This document shows, piece by piece, positions 20,345 to 30,250 of a DNA stretch of 64,000 bases. The stretch is from Anaerohalosphaeraceae bacterium (GTDB lineage Bacteria > Planctomycetota > Phycisphaerae > Sedimentisphaerales > Anaerohalosphaeraceae), in NCBI GenBank assembly GCA_963675525.2, contig CAXXSL010000016.1:448001-512000 (forward strand). The letters run 5' to 3'. Below the pieces are notes generated by a model. That model was not told the origin of the DNA. It was given only the letters and a program-made list of their open reading frames with translations, and searched no databases. Position 1 is the stretch's first letter. Each line of letters starts with the position of its first letter. The position numbers and the translations under genes are program-made.

Positions 20345-21313
20345 ATGAACAATTTGAAGCAACCCGAACTATCAGTAGTGATACCGGTGTTCAACGAGGA
20401 AGGCAGTCTGCCGCCGCTGCACGATGAAATCATTGCGGCACTGGTTGATTATGACTATGAAGTTCTCTATATTGACGACGGCAGTACCGATAATAGTTTT
20501 TCGGTTTTGACTGATATCCAAAAAAAGTCTCCATATGTACGGCTAATTCGTTTTCGCCGGAACTTTGGACAAACCGCCGCAATGAGCGCAGGATTTAAAT
20601 ACGCACGCGGAAAAATAATTATTCCCATGGATGCGGACGGGCAAAATGATCCGGCTGACATCCCCGGTCTTATTTCAAAACTGAAAGAAGGCTATGATAT
20701 TGTCAGTGGATGGCGAAAAGAACGAAAAGACAACAAAGTAACCCGTACCCTGCCGTCACGAATCGCCAACTGGATGATCGGAAGAATTACCGGGATCCGA
20801 CTGCACGACTACGGCTGCACCCTGAAGGCCTATTCGGCCGAATCGCTCAAGCCGATTCGTTTGTACGGCGAAATGCATCGGTTCATTCCCGCCCTGGCAC
20901 GCTGGGGCGGAGAAAAAGTCGTGGAAATGGTCGTCAACCACCGACCCCGTACAACCGGCCAGACAAAGTATGGATTGAGCCGGACGTTCAAGGTTATCCT
21001 CGATCTGATTACGATTAAATTCCTCGCTTCGTTTTCTACAAAACCGATTCATGTTTTTGGCGGATTGGGGGTGTTTTGTTTTCTTGGGTCATTTGTGAGC
21101 GGATTGACCGTACTTGGGATGAAAGTATTTGCGGATTATTCAATGAACCGAAATCCCCTGCTCATTATTTCCCTGATGCTGATGATGGCTTCGATCCAAC
21201 TTGTGCTGATGGGTCTGCTGGCTGAAATGATGGTACGAACCTATCATGAGTCGCAGGATCGGCCCACTTATGTGATCGATAAGATCGTGGAACCTGAACA
21301 TTCGAACGCCTGA
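20345..21313 (+). CDS. GT2 polyprenyl-phosphate glycosyltransferase (ArnC/DPM-like)
   Basis: SVVIPVFNEE, IDDGSTD, RRNFGQTAA, MDADGQNDP, GEMHRFIP, two C-terminal TMs. Confidence 0.92.
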   Translation: MNNLKQPELSVVIPVFNEEGSLPPLHDEIIAALVDYDYEVLYIDDGSTDNSFSVLTDIQKKSPYVRLIRFRRNFGQTAAMSAGFKYARGKIIIPMDADGQNDPADIPGLISKLKEGYDIVSGWRKERKDNKVTRTLPSRIANWMIGRITGIRLHDYGCTLKAYSAESLKPIRLYGEMHRFIPALARWGGEKVVEMVVNHRPRTTGQTKYGLSRTFKVILDLITIKFLASFSTKPIHVFGGLGVFCFLGSFVSGLTVLGMKVFADYSMNRNPLLIISLMLMMASIQLVLMGLLAEMMVRTYHESQDRPTYVIDKIVEPEHSNA

Positions 21314-21322
21314 TGAGCTGAT

Positions 21323-23497
21323 ATGATTCGCCGAAAAAGAAAAACATCTAAACCGATACCGACCGGCAAGTCAAAGCCATTCAATCGCGTACCCGTCGGT
21401 TTGATTAGTGCGGTTATTTTCACTTTAATCCTCGGCGGGATTCCTTTCGGCTTTGGAAAATATATTGAATTCCATTCACCCGGCCCGTTCGACAGCGGCG
21501 CCTATGTGTATTCGGCAGAACACCTCCTGCAAGGCGCCAGCCTCGGCGTTGACGAAGTAAGTTCGTCCCGTCCCGGAACGCTGCTGGCCAATATTATTGG
21601 TGTTAAGCTGTTCGGGTTTAACGATCTCGGACCAAAGGCCGTTCAGATGACACTGCAATTGTCCGCTTTTGTTTTTATGTTCTACGCACTGCGGAAAGTG
21701 TTTGGCTCGGCCGCCGCAGCTGTTGGAACGACCGTTGCGGCGATCTATCTGTCGGCGCCGCTGATCGCCAAGTTCGGCAATGTCAAAGAGCAGTTCATGA
21801 TCCCGTTTATGATCGCAGCGGCGTGCTGTTTTTTGCTGTATGGGATTTCTCAAAAGCGATACTGGCTTATTGCCGCCGGTTTCTTTGCGATTCAGCCTTA
21901 TTATTTTAAACCAACAGGGCTCTCAATTGTTATTGCATTGGTGCTGTATTTGACTCTGGGAAATGTTCTTTTCAGGAAATGGAAAGCTCTGATCCTGGAA
22001 CTCAGCTTGTTTCTCAGCGGCTACATCATTGGCTTGTTAATCCCGGAATCATTGTACCTCTGGCAGGATATGCCAGCAGCAATACTGGATACATTGCCGG
22101 TGGTACTTCTTGAAGTTGGATTCATTTTTGCGGCAATTGTTATAGGAATTATAATCATTATTGGTTTTTTCAAAAAAGTTCACCTGTTGAGAAAACTTCG
22201 TCAAGTCTCAAAATGGATATGGATAACCGGCTTATGTTTGATCTTTATTACTTTTATCCTTTCGGCTTGGATTATCAAAATAGAACCGGGCTCAGAAAAC
22301 AGTGACATAATTTCCTACACTCAAGATATTTCTTTAATTCGAATCCCCAGACGGATACTTGAAACTCCAATCAATAAACTGATGGCTTCTTCCGGACTGA
22401 GGGGAGGTTATGTCAGCAACAGTTGGAAAGCCGTCAATTTCTCCACTCTGGCGCCCAGGATATTCCGTTATTATAAAGCCTTGTCCGTGCCGATCCTGCT
22501 GGCGATTGGATCCATCATCGTTGCCGGTTGTATATGGTTGCCAAAATTACTGAAAAAAAACATGCCTGCTGATGTTCAATCAAAGCTTGTTTACTTGCTG
22601 GTGCTCTGGTGGGTACTGGATATGTTATTTGTGTGGGGCAGTCCACGATCCTATGAGCAATACTACCTGCCCCTTTGTGCTTCGGGGGCGATGCTGTCTG
22701 GATTTCTCGTCTGGAAATGGCAGGAAAACCTGTTTTCCACTACCAATAAGATTCCCTGGCTGCTCGGCGGCCTGATTGCCGTGATCATGCTGGGGTATCT
22801 GGCAATCCCGATCTTCATTGGTCAGCGGTACAGCCCTGATACCGGTAGCGATTATTTTAAAAACAACGGTCATCGGCGGCGAGGTTTCAGGCCGGCATTA
22901 AAAGAACTGCCGTCACGCCAAAAAGGGGCATGGGTCGCGGTAGGCGATTATATCCGTACAAACAGCACGGAAAAAGATACAATCTATGTCTGGGGATGGT
23001 ACCCGGGCATCTATGTACAGGCACAACGTTTGTCACCGGTACCCAACGCTTTTGAAGGCGATATGCATATAAAATCGCCGCGGCAATTGCAAATAGAAAT
23101 TCATAACATAATCAAAAGCATAAAGAAAGAGCCGCCGAAATTTATTGTAGACAGCCGCAAAATACACTTTCCTAACGACCGTCCTCCTCTGGAATTGTGG
23201 CCGCATGTCTATTCCAAACAAAAACCTTTTGGCGAGCCGATTCCAAACAATCCGCAAGTTATCTTGCAATACGACGAACAATACAAAAAAATGCTGGCCG
23301 AGCAGTTCGATCCAAGACAGAAAGAATACGCAAGCCTGCCGGGGTTAACCTGCTGGCTTCAATATGCACCATGGAGCAAGGCCATGCCGGACGAGGCCAG
23401 GCGGTACGAAGTCATGAAACCGCTACGCGACTTAGTTATGAACAATTATCGCATCGCAGGTCAATACGGAATACACATTGTATTTGAGAGAAAATAA
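21323..23497 (+). CDS. Multi-TM GT-C-type (ArnT/PMT-like) glycosyltransferase
   Basis: DSGAYVY after TM1, many TMs, YEQYYLP, DTIYVWG, PPKFIVD periplasmic domain. Confidence 0.7.
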   Translation: MIRRKRKTSKPIPTGKSKPFNRVPVGLISAVIFTLILGGIPFGFGKYIEFHSPGPFDSGAYVYSAEHLLQGASLGVDEVSSSRPGTLLANIIGVKLFGFNDLGPKAVQMTLQLSAFVFMFYALRKVFGSAAAAVGTTVAAIYLSAPLIAKFGNVKEQFMIPFMIAAACCFLLYGISQKRYWLIAAGFFAIQPYYFKPTGLSIVIALVLYLTLGNVLFRKWKALILELSLFLSGYIIGLLIPESLYLWQDMPAAILDTLPVVLLEVGFIFAAIVIGIIIIIGFFKKVHLLRKLRQVSKWIWITGLCLIFITFILSAWIIKIEPGSENSDIISYTQDISLIRIPRRILETPINKLMASSGLRGGYVSNSWKAVNFSTLAPRIFRYYKALSVPILLAIGSIIVAGCIWLPKLLKKNMPADVQSKLVYLLVLWWVLDMLFVWGSPRSYEQYYLPLCASGAMLSGFLVWKWQENLFSTTNKIPWLLGGLIAVIMLGYLAIPIFIGQRYSPDTGSDYFKNNGHRRRGFRPALKELPSRQKGAWVAVGDYIRTNSTEKDTIYVWGWYPGIYVQAQRLSPVPNAFEGDMHIKSPRQLQIEIHNIIKSIKKEPPKFIVDSRKIHFPNDRPPLELWPHVYSKQKPFGEPIPNNPQVILQYDEQYKKMLAEQFDPRQKEYASLPGLTCWLQYAPWSKAMPDEARRYEVMKPLRDLVMNNYRIAGQYGIHIVFERK

Positions 23498-23522
23498 AGG
23501 CGATTCCCTTCAGAGATACACT

Positions 23523-24236
23523 ATGGATTCGAAAGAAGCGGAAAACTCAGTGTACGAACGTCGTTGGAAATACGCCATCGATACAGACAACATCCAACTG
23601 GGAAACCTGCAGGTCAACCTTGAGTTTCTCGAAGCCACAACCCTGATCACCTCCGGCAAGAGTGGATTGGAATTAGGATCCGGTGCGGGAAAACTGGCAT
23701 CATTATTACAAGAGAGAGGCATTTCGATCATCGGCAGTGATATTTCAGAAACGGCTGTTGAGCATGCCCGTAAACTATATCCGGCCGTCGATTTCAGAGC
23801 TCATTCCGCAGAGAATTTGCCTTATGATGACAATACGTTTGATCTGGTCATGAGCTTTGATGTGCTGGAGCATCTGTCGGATGTGGATCGGCATCTGGGT
23901 CAGGTCCGGCGAGTCCTCAAAGACAACGGTCATTACCTGTGTCAGACGCCCAATAAATTCAGTAATGTCATCTTTGAAACACTGAAAACACATTCGATGC
24001 AATGGAAAAAGTATCACCCTTCGCTGCATTATTATGGCCAGCTTAAACGTCGTCTCGAAAAAAATGGATTTGACCCGCAATTTGTTAAAATGAACACGAT
24101 GAACGAATACGCCGTGAAAAAGTTTGAACGGATTGGGCTTCCGGGATGGCTGTTTCGATGGATCAATTTTCGATATGTTCCTTTTCGGCTTCAAACGAAT
24201 TTTTATGTAATTGCCCGGAAAACGGATAAGTCCTGA
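23523..24236 (+). CDS. Class I SAM-dependent methyltransferase
   Basis: LELGSGAG, LPYDDNTFDLVMSFDVLEH, RVLKDNG. Confidence 0.9.
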   Translation: MDSKEAENSVYERRWKYAIDTDNIQLGNLQVNLEFLEATTLITSGKSGLELGSGAGKLASLLQERGISIIGSDISETAVEHARKLYPAVDFRAHSAENLPYDDNTFDLVMSFDVLEHLSDVDRHLGQVRRVLKDNGHYLCQTPNKFSNVIFETLKTHSMQWKKYHPSLHYYGQLKRRLEKNGFDPQFVKMNTMNEYAVKKFERIGLPGWLFRWINFRYVPFRLQTNFYVIARKTDKS

Positions 24237-24255
24237 TCGTTCTGTGAACAATAAA

Positions 24256-25398
24256 ATGAAAATCCTGATGCTCAATTACGAATACCCGCCCATCGGCGGC
24301 GGCGCGGGGAAAGCGCATCAAAACCTTGTTCGTGAATACAGCCGCGTTCCGGAACTTGAGGTTGACATTCTCACGGCCGCCGAAACACCGCTGTTTCGGC
24401 GGGAAACCATTGAGGACAATATCACAATTTACCGGTTGGGTCTTCATAAAAAAAATCGCCACTACTGGAGGAAGCGGGAAGTCCTCGAATGGCTTTTCAA
24501 AGCGAATCGATTGTACAAAACATTGGTTGCCCAAAAACAGTATGACCTGGTCCACTCTTTTTTCGCTTTTCCGTCGGGCTATCTTTGTCTGCAAACAGCC
24601 GGCCGGATTCCGTATTTGGTTTCACTTCGCGGCAGCGATGTCCCCGGTTTCAATGTCCGCCTGAAACTGGATTATGTTCTGCTGAAAAACCTGTTCCACC
24701 GCATCTGGCGTAACGCCGACGCGGTCATCGCCAACAGTCAGGGTCTGGCCGATCTGGCCCGTTCATTTGAGCCGGCGGTGGACATCGGTGTCATATGCAA
24801 TGGGGTCGACACCGACACCTTTTCGCCACCGGCCCAACGGTCGTTTTCCGGCAGGATCAGGCTGGTCACTGCCTGTCGGCTGATCGCTCGAAAACGCATC
24901 GACCTGTTGATCGATGCGGTTTCAAATATTATCCGGAAAGGTATTGACGTCGAATTGAATATCGTTGGAGATGGAAACCTGCGAAAGGAACTGGAATCAG
25001 TTGCTGACCGATTGGAAATATCAGATCGGGTCCATTTCCATGGATTAGTCGAATACAATAAGATGCCTGAGGTTTACCAGCAGAATCATCTGTTCCTGAT
25101 GAGCAGCGCCCATGAAGGTATGAGCAATGCCATGCTGGAAGCCCTGGCGTGCGGACTGCCTGTTATCACAACCCCCTGCGAAGGCGTCAACGAGCTGATC
25201 TCTGATAACGGCATCGTTGTCAAGGAATCCCAATCGCACGACATTGCCGAAGCTGTCTGCGGTCTTGTTCAAAACCCGGCAAACTATGACCGAATGGCGG
25301 CTGCCGCCAGACAAAAAGCCCTGCAGTTCAGCTGGACGCCTGTTGCTCAAAAATACATCGATCTGTATCGGCAAATCATCCAAAAAAAGTGGTCGTGA
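24256..25398 (+). CDS. Glycosyltransferase family 4
   Basis: MKILMLNYEYPPIGGG, NGVD, EGMSNAMLEALACGLPVI. Confidence 0.95.
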   Translation: MKILMLNYEYPPIGGGAGKAHQNLVREYSRVPELEVDILTAAETPLFRRETIEDNITIYRLGLHKKNRHYWRKREVLEWLFKANRLYKTLVAQKQYDLVHSFFAFPSGYLCLQTAGRIPYLVSLRGSDVPGFNVRLKLDYVLLKNLFHRIWRNADAVIANSQGLADLARSFEPAVDIGVICNGVDTDTFSPPAQRSFSGRIRLVTACRLIARKRIDLLIDAVSNIIRKGIDVELNIVGDGNLRKELESVADRLEISDRVHFHGLVEYNKMPEVYQQNHLFLMSSAHEGMSNAMLEALACGLPVITTPCEGVNELISDNGIVVKESQSHDIAEAVCGLVQNPANYDRMAAAARQKALQFSWTPVAQKYIDLYRQIIQKKWS

Positions 25399-25490
25399 CA
25401 TTCACAATATCTCCGGATTCGGTCTTTTCATCCGCCCATCTTCTCTGTACAATAGCATCAAATACAAACCGTATTCTGTGGAGATAGACA

Positions 25491-26852
25491 ATGGCCATAA
25501 CCGTCGAGGAAATATTTGAAACCGTTAATATGACGCTGCATCAGAATTTTGATATTCGCACTGTCACGCTGGGCATCAATCTGAAAGACTGTATGGACCG
25601 TAACACCGATCATTTCTGCGGGCGCATCGAACAGCGGATTGTCAAAATGGGCCAAAAGCTCAACGCCGCCGCCGATGTCATGGAACAGAAATACGGCGTC
25701 CCCGTTATCAACCGCCGCGTCTCGGTCACCCCGGTTTCGCTGTTGCTGGAACCACTGCCCCGAACAATTGCCACCGCGGTCAAAGTCGCCAAAACACTGG
25801 ACCGCGCGGCCGGAAAAGCAAAGATCGACTTCATCGGCGGTTTCGGCGGATACGTCCAAAAAGGGCTAACCGCTTCGGATGAAAACCTGATGAACGCCCT
25901 GCCGCAGGCATTGTCCCAAACAAAACGGGTCTGCTCATTCTTCAACCTCGGCTCGACACTGGCCGGATTGAACATGACCGCGGTCGAGCGGTTCGGGCAT
26001 ATTCTTAAAGATTTGGCCGTTCGCAGCAAAACGGGTATCGGCTGCGCTAAGGTAGCCGTTTTCGCCAATGTCCCCGGCGACAATCCGTTCATGGCCGGAG
26101 CCCATCACGGCATCGGCGAGCCGGACTATTCGCTGAACATCGGTATCTCCGGCCCCGGCGTTGTCAAAACCGTCGTCGAACAAAATCCCGACTGCGATCT
26201 GACGGAACTGTCCGAGGTCATCAAACGAACCGTTTTCAAAATCACACGCGCCGGCGAACTGATCGGACAGGAAGTAGCCCAAATACTGGGTGTGGAATTC
26301 GGCATCGTCGATATTTCGCTGGCGGCCACCCCCGCAGCGGGCGACTCGGTCGCAGAGATCATCGAGGCAATGGGCATTCACCGTATGGGCCTGCCCGGCA
26401 CGACCGCCGCACTGGCTTTACTCATCGACGCAGTTAAAAAAGGCGGTGCGATGGCTTCCGGGCACGTCGGCGGACTCTCCGGAACCTTCATTCCCGTCAG
26501 TGAAGACGCGGGCATGATTCGCGCCGTTAAGGAAGGCGCCCTGAACCTGCAAAAACTCGAAGCCCTGACCAGCGTTTGCTCGGTAGGGATGGACATGTTC
26601 GCCATTCCCGGCTCAACCCCGCCGGATGTCATCAGTGCCATCATTGCTGACGAACTGGCCATCGGTATCGCCAATAACAAAACCACCAGCGTGCGGGTGA
26701 TTCCCGTTCCCGGCAAGCGTGCCGGCCAAAGTGTCCACTTCGGCGGCCTGCTCGGAACGGCCCCGATTATGCCCGTCGCTAAAAAAGCAAGCTTCAACTT
26801 CATCAACCGTAAAGGCCGTATGCCCGCACCCATCAAAGCATTAAGGAATTAA
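25491..26852 (+). CDS. UPF0210/DUF711 (PFL-like) family protein
   Basis: DIRTVTLGI, INRRVSVTP, DNPFMAGA.HG, VGGLSGTFIPVSED, CSVGMDM. Confidence 0.92.
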   Translation: MAITVEEIFETVNMTLHQNFDIRTVTLGINLKDCMDRNTDHFCGRIEQRIVKMGQKLNAAADVMEQKYGVPVINRRVSVTPVSLLLEPLPRTIATAVKVAKTLDRAAGKAKIDFIGGFGGYVQKGLTASDENLMNALPQALSQTKRVCSFFNLGSTLAGLNMTAVERFGHILKDLAVRSKTGIGCAKVAVFANVPGDNPFMAGAHHGIGEPDYSLNIGISGPGVVKTVVEQNPDCDLTELSEVIKRTVFKITRAGELIGQEVAQILGVEFGIVDISLAATPAAGDSVAEIIEAMGIHRMGLPGTTAALALLIDAVKKGGAMASGHVGGLSGTFIPVSEDAGMIRAVKEGALNLQKLEALTSVCSVGMDMFAIPGSTPPDVISAIIADELAIGIANNKTTSVRVIPVPGKRAGQSVHFGGLLGTAPIMPVAKKASFNFINRKGRMPAPIKALRN

Positions 26853-26888
26853 ACATTATAATATCAAATTTGCTTAAGGAGAAAAAAG

Positions 26889-27656
26889 ATGGCGGCTAAA
26901 TTTCGATGGATTCTGTGTGTTGTAATATTTTTTATGGTTTTGACACTTGCAGGTTGCGGTGTAAGTTATCGCACACCCGGTGCCGGAGCTGACGTGGCCG
27001 GCCTGTTTGAAGCAGCGGACGAAGAAATTAAGGAGATTGTCGCCCGTGAAGCCGCCTCCCCGCTGCCCGTCAATCTAATCGTCGTTCGTCTCCAAGACAG
27101 GGGATACCATTCCTATTCAATGAAAGATGCCGTCAGCCTCGGTCGATACAGCATCGTAATGACCAGAGACATCGAAGACGAGGCCGATTTTGAACGAATT
27201 AATAAGTTTCCACAATTGGAACAGGTCGGAACACTCAATCGAATACTCCTGCCGGCAGAAATCCGAACCGATAAAGATCTGAGAGTTTCGGCTGCCAAAC
27301 TTCATGCAGACATGCTTTTGTTGTATACCGTTGATACAAAGTTCTGGTCCGAAGACAGTGCTAAACCGCTCAGCGTTGTCACATTAGGATTTTCTCCAAC
27401 GGTCAACGTCCATATGATTTCCACAATCTCCGGAGTACTTATGGATGTACGGACGGGATATGTGTATGGTGCTATTGAAGCAACGGAAAAACAAACACAA
27501 CTGTCCTCTTGGTGGGCTAATGAAGATACGATTGATCAATCGCGTCTGAGAGTAGAGCAAATCGCTTTCGATAAAATGCTTGATGAATTCGAAAGGCTTT
27601 GGATCGGCGTAGTAGCTGAAAGAAAAGCGGTTTTAAACATGCAGCAAAAACAATAG
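26889..27656 (+). CDS. Hypothetical lipoprotein
   Basis: LAGC lipobox after a hydrophobic signal; AGGAG RBS. Confidence 0.75.
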   Translation: MAAKFRWILCVVIFFMVLTLAGCGVSYRTPGAGADVAGLFEAADEEIKEIVAREAASPLPVNLIVVRLQDRGYHSYSMKDAVSLGRYSIVMTRDIEDEADFERINKFPQLEQVGTLNRILLPAEIRTDKDLRVSAAKLHADMLLLYTVDTKFWSEDSAKPLSVVTLGFSPTVNVHMISTISGVLMDVRTGYVYGAIEATEKQTQLSSWWANEDTIDQSRLRVEQIAFDKMLDEFERLWIGVVAERKAVLNMQQKQ

Positions 27657-27685
27657 ACTTGACCTACTTTTCAAGAAAGGTGATT

Positions 27686-28677
27686 ATGGCCAAAAAAATA
27701 CGCTGGGGAATCATGGGATGCGGACGCATCGCAAATGATTATGCGAACGATTTGACCTTGACTAAATACGGCGAGCTGGTGGCCGTCGGTTCACGGTCAA
27801 AGGCAAAGGCGAAAAAGTTTGCCGCACAACACGTCGGCGCTCGTGCTTACGGCAGCTATGAGGAGTTGGCCGCCGACCCGGATGTGGATATCGTCTATGT
27901 CGCCACGCCGCACCCATACCACATGGAAAATACCCTGCTGGCGATAAAAAACGGCAAACATGTACTGTGCGAAAAACCCATGGCGATGAACGCAAAACAA
28001 ACCCGGCGGATGATCGCCGCCGCACAAAAAAAAGGCGTCTTTCTCATGGAGGCCATGTGGACACGATTTTTTCCGGCTATCATTCAACTTCGTCAAATGG
28101 CTCACCGCAGAAATACGCATCGGCAAGGTACTGGCCCTCGAAGCCGATTTCGGCATTCATTTCAAGGTCGGGCCCGAACATCGTATTTTCAATCCCGACC
28201 TCGGCGGCGGAGCCCTGCTGGATTTGGGCATCTATCCCATCTCATTCGCGTCAATGGTGTACGGCGCCCAACCGAAAAAAATCGTCTCCACCGTCCACAA
28301 AGCAAAAACCGGCGTCGATAATCATGCCGTCATCACTTTCGAATATGCCGACAGCGCCACGGCCGCATTGACCACCAGCAGCCGCGTCCGCATCCGGCAC
28401 GAAGCTCGTATTTTCGGCACCGAAAGGAATGATTACGGTGCACGAGGGTTTCTTTCATCCGAACCGATTGACACTGGAAGTTGAAGGCAAAAAACCAAAA
28501 ACCGTCCATCTGCCCCATCCCGGCAGCGGAATGCAGTTTGAAGCCGAACATGTGCACGAAGCCTTGCGCAACGGAAAACGGCAAAGCGAAATAATGCCGT
28601 TGCAGGAAACGCTGGAAATCATGCAAACACTGGATAAGATCCGCCGGCAGTGGAATTTAAGGTACACGAACGAATAG
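27686..28677 (+). pseudogene. Gfo/Idh/MocA oxidoreductase split by frameshifts near 28095-28115 and near 28425 (probably sequencing errors)
   Basis: WGIMGCGRIA, ATPHPYH, LCEKP, EAMWTRF in the first frame; IGKVLALEADFG...GGGALLDLGIYP in the next; MITVHEGF...TLDKIRRQW in the last. Confidence 0.88.
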
Positions 28678-28690
28678 AAACGATGCCATT

Positions 28691-29656
28691 GTGCGAAAAC
28701 TGATTCCAAAACCAATACGAAAAAAACTGTACCGACTGCTTTATCCTAAAAGTCCTGTGCTCTGGGCTAACTGGGGCATATTGAGTGCTTTTCTGGCAAA
28801 AAGAATTAAGCCGAAGAAACCTCCTGTGCTTATTTTGTCAATGCCGCGAAGCGGATCGAGCTGGGTCGGGGAAATCATGGGGCTTTCGCCAGATTCGCTC
28901 TATCTTCGTGAGCCGATCACCCAGACATATCTTAAAACCACACACGACGGAGCTCCGAGTTTTTTTGAATTTGACATGGCCGGCCTGCCTGAAGGTTATG
29001 AATCTTCTGCAAAAAATGTTTTTTCCGGCCTGCCTCTGTTTGACCGCCGGATCACAATTTTCCCCAAACAATGGGCCTTATCCAAAAGGAGCCGCAAACG
29101 AATCGTCGTAAAAGAAGTCAATCCGTTTATGCTGCCGTGGCTGACTCAAAACTTCCGACCGCGAATCATCTATCTGGTTCGCCACCCTGTCGCAACGGCA
29201 TCCAGTTTTAAACGAATAGGATGGACCGGGGAACAGTTCGATTTCCGTCTTTCCTTAGAAACGCTGGAGGAAAAAATCCCCCATTATAAACAATTTAGTC
29301 ATTCGTTCTGGGCTGAACACGGCGCCTTACAGGCATTCATTTTAAAAGAAGTACTAAGATACGCCAAAGATTATGATGATTTTCGATTAGTGAAATATAA
29401 ACATCTCTGCGAAAACCCTCTATCTGTGTTCAAAGAACTGTATGATTTCGCTGAATTAGAATGGAACGACTCGGTTGAACGAAAGATCCGAAAACGCATT
29501 CATCCGGAAGAAATCAATACGGATCCTTTCAGCATCTACCGGGATACGGCCCGTGAAGCGAAAAAGTGGAAAAAACAAATTCCGGAAGAGAAGATCGCTG
29601 AAGTCAAAAATGCCTGGCTGTCCTTCGATCTGCCCTATTACCAAAATGATTGGTAA
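28691..29656 (+). CDS. Sulfotransferase family protein
   Basis: SMPRSGSSW 5'-PAPS loop, IYLVRHPVATASS 3'-PAPS motif, KW near the C-terminus. Confidence 0.88.
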   Translation: MRKLIPKPIRKKLYRLLYPKSPVLWANWGILSAFLAKRIKPKKPPVLILSMPRSGSSWVGEIMGLSPDSLYLREPITQTYLKTTHDGAPSFFEFDMAGLPEGYESSAKNVFSGLPLFDRRITIFPKQWALSKRSRKRIVVKEVNPFMLPWLTQNFRPRIIYLVRHPVATASSFKRIGWTGEQFDFRLSLETLEEKIPHYKQFSHSFWAEHGALQAFILKEVLRYAKDYDDFRLVKYKHLCENPLSVFKELYDFAELEWNDSVERKIRKRIHPEEINTDPFSIYRDTAREAKKWKKQIPEEKIAEVKNAWLSFDLPYYQNDW

Positions 29657-29664
29657 AACAACGG

Positions 29665-30240
29665 TTAATTTGTAAACGCTTCTTCGACGAGGTCGCAGAG
29701 GATGTGGTAGGCGAGTTGGTGGATTTCCTGAACGGTCGCGGTCGGGCCTTCGACGCAAATGCAATGATCGGATAATTTTTCAAGCGGTGAATTTTTTTTG
29801 CCGATAAACGCCAGAACCTTTGCGCCTTTTTCTTCGGCTAATTCGGCCGCGGCCAAAATATTTTTACTGGTGCCGCTGGTGGAAAAGGCCCAGAGGATAT
29901 CATTTTTTCGAACCAGCGCTTCAACCTGGCGGGCAAACACTTTTTCGAAACCGTAATCATTGCTCACGCTGGTCAGCGTGGATGTATCGGTCGTCAGCGC
30001 GACGGCGGGCAGACCCTTGCGTTCGCGAACGAACCGTCCCACCAGTTCGGCGGCGATATGCTGGGCGTCGGCAGCGGAACCGCCGTTACCGCAGATATAG
30101 ATGCAGCCGCCGGCGGTAATGCAGTCAATCAGCATTTTGGCCGACAGCGCAATTTCGTCAAGGCAATTGGTTTCCAGATCGGCCAGCACTTTTTTATGCA
30201 ATTGGATCGTATCGAGAATTCGCTTTTTCTTCGATTCCAT
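29665..30240 (-). CDS. gmhA: Phosphoheptose isomerase (SIS domain)
   Basis: CGNGGSAADAQHIAAEL, NDYGFE.VFARQ, STSGTS, QEIH; own GAGGA RBS before ATG 30240. Confidence 0.93.
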   Translation of the reverse strand: MESKKKRILDTIQLHKKVLADLETNCLDEIALSAKMLIDCITAGGCIYICGNGGSAADAQHIAAELVGRFVRERKGLPAVALTTDTSTLTSVSNDYGFEKVFARQVEALVRKNDILWAFSTSGTSKNILAAAELAEEKGAKVLAFIGKKNSPLEKLSDHCICVEGPTATVQEIHQLAYHILCDLVEEAFTN

Positions 30241-30250
30241 ACGTTTATCC

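Noticed and set aside
28095..28430. Programmed frameshifting in the oxidoreductase
   Set aside because: Multiple shifts with no clear slippery site or stimulatory structure, clustered with other probable indels.
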